In this document: one piece after another, positions 17,177 through 25,293 of the stretch
How positions within the stretch are numbered: position 1 is the first letter of the stretch
How the letters are laid out: every line of letters starts with the position of its first letter
Notes under the pieces: model-generated
What the model saw: the letters and a program-made list of their open reading frames with translations, nothing else
What the model was told of the DNA's origin: nothing
Databases searched by the model: none
Assembly: GCA_052386995.1 (NCBI GenBank)
Contig: JBQTJP010000238.1
Location: forward strand, 1-25,436
Length of the DNA stretch: 25,436 nucleotides
DNA from: Armatimonadota bacterium
GTDB lineage: Bacteria > Sysuimicrobiota > Sysuimicrobiia > Sysuimicrobiales > Humicultoraceae
Direction: 5' to 3'
Position numbers and translations under genes: made by a program

Positions 17177-18139
17177 TCAGGGGTACGTGGCCAGGGTATC
17201 GGTGAGCAGGTCGAAGAAGCGCTGCTTTTCGATTTGCAGTCCGACTTCGGCATTGGGAGGCGCGCCGCGATGGACCGACTGGCCCGGCATCTCCTCGCTG
17301 ATTGTGCCCCGGAGATGCCGGTAGTCGCACACCGTCATCCCGCGGGTATACTGACCGTTCAGCTCCACGGTCACGTGCATCGACCGGCCCCGGATCAGGC
17401 TGGGGTCGATCAGCCAGGCCACCGCGCACGGGTCGTGCAGCGAGCCCCCGCTCAGGCCGAACAGCCGCTTCAGCGTGCCGCGGAAAAAGTCCAGCAGTTC
17501 GGCCGTGATGCGGCCGGTCCGGTTGCCCAGGGCGCGGATGCGCTCGGTCTCGGCCTCGCCGGCCTCGGCCTGGCGCGTGAGGTTCAAACCGCACATCTTG
17601 ATGGGCACGCCGCTGGTGAAGACGACATGGGCCGCCTCGGGATCGCACCAGATGTTGAACTCGGCCGCCGGGGTGGTGTTGCCGAAGGTGAGGGACCCGC
17701 CCATAAGGCTAATTTCCACCAGGCGGGATGCCAGGCGGGGCTCCCGCCGCAGGGCCGTGGCGACATTGGTCAGCGGCCCGGTAGGAACCAGCGTGATCCC
17801 GTCGGTGCTCATCACCATGTCGATGATGAAATCGACGGCATGCTTTGGATACAGCGGCGTCGTCGGCGCCGGGAGCTGCGGCCCGTCCAGTCCGGTCTCG
17901 CCATGGATTTCCGGGGCGTGCTGCGCCAGGCTGATCAGGGGCCGCTCGGCCCCCCGCGCCACGGGTATGCGGGTCAACCCGGCGAACTCCACTACCTTCA
18001 GGGCGTTGGCCGTCACCTTGTCGATGCTCTGATTCCCTGAGACGGTGGTGATGCCCAGGACCTCCAGGTGCCGCGCCGCCAGCAGGATGGCAATGGCATC
18101 GTCGTGGCCCGGGTCGCAGTCGAGGATGATGCGGCGCAT
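17177..18139 (-). CDS. Nucleoside hydrolase (IU-NH family, RihA/RihB-like)
   Basis: DCDPGHDD, EIHGETGL, TGPLTN, AEFNIWCDPEAA and LHDP motifs. Confidence 0.93.
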   Translation of the reverse strand: MRRIILDCDPGHDDAIAILLAARHLEVLGITTVSGNQSIDKVTANALKVVEFAGLTRIPVARGAERPLISLAQHAPEIHGETGLDGPQLPAPTTPLYPKHAVDFIIDMVMSTDGITLVPTGPLTNVATALRREPRLASRLVEISLMGGSLTFGNTTPAAEFNIWCDPEAAHVVFTSGVPIKMCGLNLTRQAEAGEAETERIRALGNRTGRITAELLDFFRGTLKRLFGLSGGSLHDPCAVAWLIDPSLIRGRSMHVTVELNGQYTRGMTVCDYRHLRGTISEEMPGQSVHRGAPPNAEVGLQIEKQRFFDLLTDTLATYP

Positions 18140-18907
18140 TTATCCACCTCGGTCGATCATGATCAGCCGCCGGAGTGCGGCGATGGCCACCTGGATGGCC
18201 GTTTCCTGGGCCTGCAGGCGGCCCTCGGAGGTCCCGCGCAGCCCCAGCTCCTGGTTGGAGCCCACTCCCATGATCCCGCCGGCGCGAACTCCTTGGATCC
18301 TGGCGACCACAAACAGCGTGGCCGCTTCCATCTCCGAGCACAACGCCCCGCCGGCGATCCACGCCCGCCAGTTGGCCGTGAGCAGCCCGGCGACGGGCAT
18401 GCGCTCTGGCTCCCACTCGCCGTAGAATGAGTCCTTGGAGTGGATTACCCCGACGTGGTGGCGCACTCCTTCGCCACGCGCGGCTTCGCGCAGCGCCCAC
18501 ACAACGTCCAGGTCGGCGACCGCAGGGAAAGCCGGCGGCATATATTGGTGGCTCGTTCCTTCGTCGCGGATAGCGGCCAGGGCCACGACGACATCGCCCG
18601 GCTGCACGTCGCGGCTCATCCCGCCGGCGGTCCCCACCCGGATGAGCGTGTCCGCGCCGATGGCGACCAGTTCCTCTACAGCGATCGCGGTGGAAGGACA
18701 GCCGATGCCTGTGGAGGTCACCGAGACCGACTCGCCCAGCAGTGTGCCGGTATACGTGGTGTACTCGCGGTTCTGAACCACCAGCCGGGCGTTGTCGAAG
18801 TGACGGGCAATGCGGATGCACCGGCCCGGATCGCCAGGGAGCAGCACGTATCGCCCAACGTCACCGCGCCGGCACTGGATGTGGTACTGCGGATCATCGG
18901 GGGTCAT
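18140..18907 (-). CDS. udp: Uridine phosphorylase-like nucleoside phosphorylase (NP-I family)
   Basis: QYHI, LLPGDPGR, NREY, STGIGCPS, RVGTAG, RDEGTS, KDSFYG and EMEAA. ATG 18907 follows GGGGAG. Confidence 0.85.
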   Translation of the reverse strand: MTPDDPQYHIQCRRGDVGRYVLLPGDPGRCIRIARHFDNARLVVQNREYTTYTGTLLGESVSVTSTGIGCPSTAIAVEELVAIGADTLIRVGTAGGMSRDVQPGDVVVALAAIRDEGTSHQYMPPAFPAVADLDVVWALREAARGEGVRHHVGVIHSKDSFYGEWEPERMPVAGLLTANWRAWIAGGALCSEMEAATLFVVARIQGVRAGGIMGVGSNQELGLRGTSEGRLQAQETAIQVAIAALRRLIMIDRGG

Positions 18908-18955
18908 GTGATTCGTGCTCCCCGTGCGATCGCGGACCACATGTGGCCGTGACCT

Positions 18956-19891
18956 TCAGCCGAGGATCCGCTCGAAGTACAGGGCGACCAGCCGCTCCCC
19001 GTCTACCTCCAAACACACGGTAACGTTGGGGGCCTTGTCCCAGCGGTTGCGCAGGTCCGGGACAGTCTCACCCGCCGTGGCCTCCCCACGAGTCTCCACG
19101 TCGACGTAGAGGTTCCGGGCCCTGAACAGCGTCGGGTCGATCAGGTAGATCATCGCGGACGGGTCGTGCACGAACATCTGACCGTCCAGGCCGTAGCGCT
19201 CCCGATACTGGTTCAGGTAGTGCGGCATGATGGCGGCGAGAAAATCACCCACCGCCGTGCCGGCGCTACGCAGCCTCTGCAGGTGGGAGAGGTTCATCTG
19301 CACCTGGGTGGTCACGTCCAGCCCAATCATGGTCAGCGGCCAGCCGGCGTGGAAGACGATCTTGGCGGCCTCGGGATCGTTGTGGATGTTGGCTTCGGCC
19401 GCCGGAGCGGCGTTGCCGCGCACGGTAGCCGCCCCGCCCATGAACACCACTTCCCGCACGTGCTGAGCGATGCGCGGTTCCAGGCTGACCGCCAGGGCCA
19501 CGTTGGTCAGGGGCCCGAGGGCCAGGATGGTTATCTCGCCGGGCTCGGCCATCACCCGCTCGACGATCATCTCGGCCGCCCGCCGGTGCGAGGGCTGCAG
19601 GCGCGGCGGAGTGAGGTTGGAGTTCCCCAGCCCATCGTCGCCGTGGACGATCGAACCGCGCCCGCTGTAAGGACGCAGCAAGGGCTTGCCGGCGCCCGGA
19701 GCCACCGGGATGTCCGGTCGCCCTGCCACTTCAAGGTTCTTCAGCGCGTTCCGGGTGGTGATCTCCACCGGGTTGTTGCCGAAGACCGAGGTGAGGGCTT
19801 CGATCCGAACCTCAGGCGACCTCAGCCCGAACTGCACGGCCATGGAGTCGTCCACACCCGGGTCGGTGTCGATGATGACGCGTCTTTGCAC
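18956..19891 (-). CDS. Nucleoside hydrolase (IU-NH family), second paralog
   Basis: DTDPGVDD, IVHGDDGLG, LGPLTN, AEANIHNDPEAA and VHDP motifs; GGAGG RBS. Confidence 0.93.
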   Translation of the reverse strand: MQRRVIIDTDPGVDDSMAVQFGLRSPEVRIEALTSVFGNNPVEITTRNALKNLEVAGRPDIPVAPGAGKPLLRPYSGRGSIVHGDDGLGNSNLTPPRLQPSHRRAAEMIVERVMAEPGEITILALGPLTNVALAVSLEPRIAQHVREVVFMGGAATVRGNAAPAAEANIHNDPEAAKIVFHAGWPLTMIGLDVTTQVQMNLSHLQRLRSAGTAVGDFLAAIMPHYLNQYRERYGLDGQMFVHDPSAMIYLIDPTLFRARNLYVDVETRGEATAGETVPDLRNRWDKAPNVTVCLEVDGERLVALYFERILG

Positions 19892-19912
19892 GAGGATATC
19901 CTCCCTGGCCGA

Positions 19913-20881
19913 CTATCCTTTCAAACCGCTCAGGACGACCCCGCGCACGTAATGCCGCTGCATGGCCAGGAAGAGAATGATGACCGGCACGGAGGCCAGG
20001 ACGGCCCCGGCGAACGTGCGGCCCCAGTACACCTGCCCCTGGGTGGTCTGTGCGGCGATGACCACCTGGATGACCTGGAGCTCTTTGCTGCCCACCGCCA
20101 CCAGCGGCCAGAAGAACAGGTTCCAGATGAACTGGAACTCCAGCAGGGACATGGTCACCAGGGCAGGCACGGAGTTGGGCACGATGACGTGGCGCAGGAT
20201 CTGCAGTCGATTTGCCCCATCGATGATAGCCGCCTCGTCCAGCTCACGGGGGATCTCCTGGAAGAACTGCCGCAGTGCAAAGATGATGAAGGGGCTGGCG
20301 TAAAAGGGGACGATCAGAGCCCCGTAGCTATCCTGCAGGCCCAGGGCACGGACCACCAGGTAGAGCGGGACGATGGTGGCCTCCCACGGGATCAGCATCG
20401 TGGCGATGACGAACACGAACAGGACATCCTTGCCGGGGAAGCGGAGCCGGGCGAAGAAGTAGGCCGCGAGGGTGTTGAAGATCAACGACAGGCCGACGAC
20501 CGCCGCGGAGACGAAGGCCGAGTTGAACAGGGCTCGTCCAAAGTCCAGGCCGAACCGTCGCCCTTCCTCCGAGATCCCCAGGATAGCCAGGAAGTTCTCG
20601 AGCGTCCACCTGACCGGGACGAAGGTCCGCACGGTGAGCGGGTAGATGTACTCGAAGATCTCGGTCTCGCGCCGAAAGCTTCCAAGAATCATCCAGACGA
20701 AAGGCGTCACGAAGACCACGACCACCAGGGCGTAGAACAGGTACTCGACCGTCCCCCATCCCACCCGCCGGGCCACCCTGCTGGCGGTCACCGGCCGAGC
20801 CGGTGGGACCGCCTGGGCCGGCACCAGGACCCCGGCGGTGCCCGCCACGGTTTTTCCCCGTGCTGGCGAGTGACCTGCCAT
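19913..20881 (-). CDS. Carbohydrate (CUT1) ABC transporter permease, MalG-like
   Basis: EAA loop ELDEAAIIDGAN, AAYFFARLRFPGK and WNLFFWPL; GAGGAG RBS. Confidence 0.92.
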   Translation of the reverse strand: MAGHSPARGKTVAGTAGVLVPAQAVPPARPVTASRVARRVGWGTVEYLFYALVVVVFVTPFVWMILGSFRRETEIFEYIYPLTVRTFVPVRWTLENFLAILGISEEGRRFGLDFGRALFNSAFVSAAVVGLSLIFNTLAAYFFARLRFPGKDVLFVFVIATMLIPWEATIVPLYLVVRALGLQDSYGALIVPFYASPFIIFALRQFFQEIPRELDEAAIIDGANRLQILRHVIVPNSVPALVTMSLLEFQFIWNLFFWPLVAVGSKELQVIQVVIAAQTTQGQVYWGRTFAGAVLASVPVIILFLAMQRHYVRGVVLSGLKG

Positions 20882-20890
20882 ACGCGCTCC

Positions 20891-21814
20891 TCAGTGTTCC
20901 ACGTCCGAGCGCAGGACCCGCATCTGCACTAGGCTCACTGCCAGGATGATGAACAGCACGATGATCGAGAGGGCGCTGGCGTAACCCATATCCTGAAAAG
21001 AGAACGCGTGCTGGTAGATGTAGTAGACGATCGCCTTGGTGGCGTCCTGGGGACCGCCGCGGGTCATGGCGTACACCGGAGCGAAGACCTGGAACGACTG
21101 GATCGTCTGGGTCACGACCACGAACAGCATCACCCGCTTGAGGAGGGGCAGGGTGATACACCAGAGCTGCTGAAACCGCCTGGCCCCGTCGATGGCCGCG
21201 GCCTCGTAGTACTCGGGCGAGATCCCCTTGAGCCCGGCCAGGAGGATGATCATGCTGAACCCGACGTCCTTCCAGATCGTCATGACGGTCATGGCCGGCA
21301 GGGCCAGGGCCGGGTCGCTGAGGAAGCGCTGGCGAGGAATCCCCACGCTCACCAGGATGCTGTTCACCAGCCCCTGCTGAGCGTGGTACATCATCGCCCA
21401 GACGATGCTGACCACGATCATCGAGGACACCACCGGGGTGAAGATGGCCGAGCGGACCACTCCCATCCCGCGCACTTCTCGTTGGGTGACCAGTGCGAGT
21501 CCCAGCGCCAGGACCACCTGAAGCGGGACCTTCAGCGCCACGAACTGGACCGTCACCCACATCGAATGCCAGAAAATGGGATCTTCCAGGGCTCGGGCGT
21601 ACTGCCCCAGTGCCCGAAAATTGCCGAATCCGCCCAGCAGGCTATAGTCCCACAGGCTGGCCCAAAGGGCGGAGATGATGGGGAAATACCGGAATACAGC
21701 GAAGTTGATCAGCGCCGGCAGGACGAACAGCAGGGCGACCAGGTATTCGCGGCGCCGGCGCTGCGCAGGAGTCAGCGGCGAACGGACTGTGACGGCGGCG
21801 GATGTTATGGCCAA
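20891..21814 (-). CDS. Carbohydrate (CUT1) ABC transporter permease, MalF/UgpA-like
   Basis: EYYEAAAIDGA, ITLPLLK, MTRGGP and MGYASA; TTG start with GGAGGAGG upstream. Confidence 0.92.
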   Translation of the reverse strand: MAITSAAVTVRSPLTPAQRRRREYLVALLFVLPALINFAVFRYFPIISALWASLWDYSLLGGFGNFRALGQYARALEDPIFWHSMWVTVQFVALKVPLQVVLALGLALVTQREVRGMGVVRSAIFTPVVSSMIVVSIVWAMMYHAQQGLVNSILVSVGIPRQRFLSDPALALPAMTVMTIWKDVGFSMIILLAGLKGISPEYYEAAAIDGARRFQQLWCITLPLLKRVMLFVVVTQTIQSFQVFAPVYAMTRGGPQDATKAIVYYIYQHAFSFQDMGYASALSIIVLFIILAVSLVQMRVLRSDVEH

Positions 21815-21836
21815 AGCAAGTCGCTATCCTCCTCCC

Positions 21837-21905
21837 GGTCCCAGAGACGGGAGGGGGGAGGAGTGTTCACGGTGAGCCCTTCCCCATCCCCGTCGCAAGG
21901 AGACC
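21837..21905. other. Intercistronic GC-rich stem-loop between binding-protein and permease genes
   Basis: Imperfect inverted repeat GACGGGAGGGGGGAGG...CCTTCCCCATCCCCGTC, with inner GTTCAC/GTGAGC and outer GGTC/GACC pairs. Confidence 0.6.
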
Positions 21906-21919
21906 GCGAAGGGGCTAGG

Positions 21920-23290
21920 CTACCGACGATTCCACCCACTGTACCTGCGCAGCGAAGCCTCGATCCGCCGAACGGCAGCCTCCATCTCCTGCCTGACGTT
22001 GGCCCCCGTGGAGATGTTGGTGGCCATTTCCAGGAAGAACTGGAAGTACTCTTGATAGCCCGGAGTCTGGATGCGGGGGACCCCGACCTTGGTCAGGCCC
22101 TCGAAGAAGAGGGACTGCTGCCCGCCGGCCCGGTACTCCTGCAGTTCGTTGTAGACCTCCAGGTTTGCCGGCAGCTGGCGCACGTTGCTATACCAGATGC
22201 GCGCACCTTCCCTGCCCGAAGCGAATTTGACGAAGGCCAGCGCCTCGTTGAATTTCTTGGTGTTGACCGAGATGCCGTAGTGCCAGCTACCCGTGTGGCA
22301 TAACTGCGTCTTGAAGTAGGGAATGCCGGTCACCCCCCACTTGAAACTGCCATCCGGGTGCAGCCGGTTGATCGCCCCGATGCGGTTATCCGGGGTGACC
22401 ATGAAGGCCGCCCGCTTGGACTCGAAGACGTTGGGGATGGGTTCGATCGGAGTGACCTTGTGTACCAGGTGCAGGTCCTGGAAGAACTGCATCGCCTCGA
22501 TGGCCTCGGGAGTATCCAGGTATCCCCTGAAGGTCACGCCGTCGTCGGCTACCCCTTTAAAGGTGTTGCTCCCCTGCTCGCCGTTGGAGCGGCGCCAGAT
22601 CCCTGTCTCGTAGTCGGCGTAGCTCGTCCCCTGGCCCAGGCGGACGCCCCAGATATCCGGGATCCCGTCTCCGTTCAAGTCGCGGGTGGTCCTCCTCCAG
22701 GCGTCCAGGGCCTGTGCCATCGTCCAGCTCTCTTCTAGCCTCGTTGGCGGTCTGACCCCCGCCGCGTCGGTGAAGTCCCTGTTGTACATCAGCATGGAGC
22801 ACGACTGCATAATCGGCGGACCGTAGAGCTGGCCGCGGAAGCTGCCCTCCTCGATGGAGGCGGGGTGCCACTGCCTCATCTCCCTGGCATTGAAATGCCT
22901 CCCCAGTGGGGTCAGCACGCGGTTGAACGCGTAGTGCTTCATCACGGGGCCATCGGCCTGGATCAGGTCCATCTCGGCCCCGACGGCCACCGACGTGAGA
23001 ATCTTGGGGAACAACTCGACAAACGGCACCGCCTCGAGGGCCAGGTCCACGTAGGCCCACTTGCCACCCTCGCTCTTCTGGAACGCCTCCAGGATCTTCT
23101 TGAAGGCGATGATCTGTTCATCGTTCTGGTTGGCGATGAACTTGAGCGTGACTTTGGCTCTGGGCTGCGCCGGCGTCGCAGGCGCAGCCTCGACCTTCAG
23201 TGCCGCCGGGGGCGCTGGCTGCCCGCTGACGATCAGCAGCAGGCCGCAGATTACAGCGAGCACGGACAGGGATCCCAGTCGTCTTGTCAT
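21920..23290 (-). CDS. CUT1 ABC transporter extracellular solute-binding protein (probable nucleoside ligand)
   Basis: Signal peptide, MLMYNRD, WGVTGIP and ALAFVKF patterns of SBP family 1; precedes two CUT1 permeases; ligand inferred from context only. Confidence 0.88.
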   Translation of the reverse strand: MTRRLGSLSVLAVICGLLLIVSGQPAPPAALKVEAAPATPAQPRAKVTLKFIANQNDEQIIAFKKILEAFQKSEGGKWAYVDLALEAVPFVELFPKILTSVAVGAEMDLIQADGPVMKHYAFNRVLTPLGRHFNAREMRQWHPASIEEGSFRGQLYGPPIMQSCSMLMYNRDFTDAAGVRPPTRLEESWTMAQALDAWRRTTRDLNGDGIPDIWGVRLGQGTSYADYETGIWRRSNGEQGSNTFKGVADDGVTFRGYLDTPEAIEAMQFFQDLHLVHKVTPIEPIPNVFESKRAAFMVTPDNRIGAINRLHPDGSFKWGVTGIPYFKTQLCHTGSWHYGISVNTKKFNEALAFVKFASGREGARIWYSNVRQLPANLEVYNELQEYRAGGQQSLFFEGLTKVGVPRIQTPGYQEYFQFFLEMATNISTGANVRQEMEAAVRRIEASLRRYSGWNRR

Positions 23291-23306
23291 CAATCTCTCC
23301 CCCCAG

Positions 23307-23334
23307 ATGTTTCTCTAAAGCAACATGCTTACCC
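23307..23334 (-). promoter_or_regulatory. Candidate operator palindrome overlapping a sigma54-like -24/-12 spacing
   Basis: ATGTTGCTTTAGAGAAACAT dyad (23307-23326) and GGGTAAGCATGTTGCT (GG-N10-GC, 23319-23334) just upstream of the SBP RBS. Confidence 0.3.
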
Positions 23335-23705
23335 GTATGCTGGCGGGCCGGCCTGGCCGGGAATCAATCGTGAAGAGATGCCCGCCGTCAGCGGCGGCAG
23401 GATAGGATCGGCCGTGTGGAACCTGATTGCCTGAGGGCGATCAGCGGCGGGTCTTCGAGGAACGTCCACGCGGTATCGCGACATGGGAGAGAGCGGCCGA
23501 TCAAGACTCCCGATGGCGACACTTATGAGACCCATGCATCTCCCCCGTACCTGACCCCCGCTGGCGAACCACCGGGGCCCCGGGACCATCGCGCGCAAGG
23601 GCCGGGGCATTGGGTCTGGAGGGAGAAGCGTTCTCGCCGGTCCCTGGTATTCCTGCCTGAGGACTCCGGATGAATTCCATATGGAAGACCGGCTCGGGTG
23701 ACGCG

Positions 23706-24686
23706 CTACAGCACGATCTGCCTGGAGGCCGCGAACGCGGCAACGTCCTCGCGCGACGGCATCGACGGCTGCGCTCCCATCCGGGTCACCGACAGCGCGC
23801 CAGCGGCGTTGGCGAAACGGGCAGCGGCGAGCAGGTCCTTCCCCTCAGCGATCGCCACTGCCAGTGCAGCGGCGAACGCGTCACCCGCCGCCGTGGTGTC
23901 CACGGCTTCCACGGAGATGCCGGGTATGGCAAGGCGAACAGGGCTGAGCACGCGATCCGGTCCATCCCCCGCGACATGCCCGACTCCCACCGCTACGTAG
24001 GCACCCCGGTCGCCGAGTTTGATCACGACGGCCCGACAGCCTCGGGCGAGCAGATGCTCAGCGGCCGCCCGGGCGGTGGCCGCGTCGGTGATCGCCGTGC
24101 CCGAAAGTGCTCGCGCCTCCACTTCGTTGGGGTTGACGACATCGAGGTGCCGGTAGAGACCGTCCGGCAACGGCCGGTCGGGCGCGGGCGCCGGGTCCAG
24201 GATGACCCGGCAGCCTGCGGCGTGCGCGATGGAGGCCGCGCGTTCCACGGCCTCGAGTGGGACCTCGAGCTGGAGCAGCAGGACGTGACTCTGTTCGATC
24301 GATGCCCTGGCCGCCTCCACGTCGGCCGCAGTCAGGCGCATGTTGGCACCCGAGGCCACGACGATGGTGTTGCGGCCGACGGAATCCACAGTGATGAGCG
24401 CAACCCCCGACGGTGCCTCGGGGTCGGCGCGGAGATGGGTGACGTCGATCCCTTCCGAAGCCAGGCCCTGCCGCAGCCGCTGCCCGAAGGCGTCATTGCC
24501 CACGCGGCCCACCATGACCACACGGGCGCGCAGGCGCGCCGCAGCCACCGCCTGGTTGGCGCCCTTGCCGCCGGGGAACGTGGCGAACGTGCCGCCGGGG
24601 ACGGTTTCACCCACCTCAGGCAGCCTGGGCGCCTTGACCACCAGGTCGGTGTTGAGGCTCCCCACGACGGTAACCGTTAGGTTCAT
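23706..24686 (-). CDS. rbsK: Ribokinase
   Basis: VVGSLNTD, PGGKGANQAVAAARL, LLQLE, PNEVE and VDTTAAGDAF (PfkB signature), plus GAQPS. Confidence 0.93.
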   Translation of the reverse strand: MNLTVTVVGSLNTDLVVKAPRLPEVGETVPGGTFATFPGGKGANQAVAAARLRARVVMVGRVGNDAFGQRLRQGLASEGIDVTHLRADPEAPSGVALITVDSVGRNTIVVASGANMRLTAADVEAARASIEQSHVLLLQLEVPLEAVERAASIAHAAGCRVILDPAPAPDRPLPDGLYRHLDVVNPNEVEARALSGTAITDAATARAAAEHLLARGCRAVVIKLGDRGAYVAVGVGHVAGDGPDRVLSPVRLAIPGISVEAVDTTAAGDAFAAALAVAIAEGKDLLAAARFANAAGALSVTRMGAQPSMPSREDVAAFAASRQIVL

Positions 24687-24771
24687 GAAGGCCTCACCCG
24701 ATGAGATTAGCCAATCGGAACCTATGGATTGTCACATGTTCGACCTTACAGATTACGCTGCTGCTACAGCG

Positions 24772-25293
24772 CTAGATGCGCTCTCGCAGCAGCCACATCA
24801 GCGCGAGACCGCTCAATGCCGCGAACACCGCCGCGCCCGAGAGTCCGAACACGGTCCAGCCTTTGGAGAGGTCCACGCCCACGGCGCGGGTGACCGTCCA
24901 GCCCAGGGCCCAGCCGACTGCGATCGCGGGGATCCACTGCGCAGCGCCGGTCGCGTGCTGCCGCAGGAGAATCCACTGGCCCAGTCCGAGCACGGCGCCG
25001 GTCAGGGCCCCACGCAACACGAGGGCGACCCCATCCGTTCGTGTTCCAAACGCGGCGATGCCGAGCGCGAGACCCGCGGACAGTCCGATGCCACTCGCCA
25101 GGATCCATCCTCCCGTCAGCGGAACAAGCTGACGCAGTCCAACCCATTGGGCGATCCCGAGACACGCGCCGGCCACGAACCCAGCCAACGCACCTCGTGC
25201 GATGCCATTGACCGGACCGAAGATCGCGAACGCCGCGCCTCCACTTATAGGGAAGCTGGCGGTTGTGAGGAGCCAGTAGAGCCACAAGCGCAT
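24772..25293 (-). CDS. Uncharacterised multi-pass membrane protein with two internal repeats
   Basis: ~6 Gly/Ala-rich TM segments; duplicated GAL.G...G..QW..LR....WI motif; GAGG 7 nt before ATG 25293 (GTG 25296 is the alternative start). Confidence 0.75.
   Translation of the reverse strand: MRLWLYWLLTTASFPISGGAAFAIFGPVNGIARGALAGFVAGACLGIAQWVGLRQLVPLTGGWILASGIGLSAGLALGIAAFGTRTDGVALVLRGALTGAVLGLGQWILLRQHATGAAQWIPAIAVGWALGWTVTRAVGVDLSKGWTVFGLSGAAVFAALSGLALMWLLRERI

Noticed and set aside
17181..17648. N-terminal extension of the 786-aa ABC ORF (likewise 3246, 7948, 11307, 11236, 12189 and 15441 starts)
   Set aside because: The extensions overlap neighbouring genes or regulatory gaps and look non-coding; downstream starts have better RBS, overlap or family support.
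19166..22303. Long plus-strand ORFs (588 aa and 431 aa)
   Set aside because: Antisense shadows of the hydrolase, permease and SBP genes.
23400..23670. Known riboswitch (TPP-like GAACCTGAT on +; glycine-like CTCAGGC twice on -; purine)
   Set aside because: The remaining conserved cores are missing, and the TPP-like fragment is on the strand with no downstream gene.
23329..23743. Small ORFs of 80-93 aa in the intergenic gap
   Set aside because: Mutually overlapping, Pro/Arg-rich, with no RBS support or recognisable motif.
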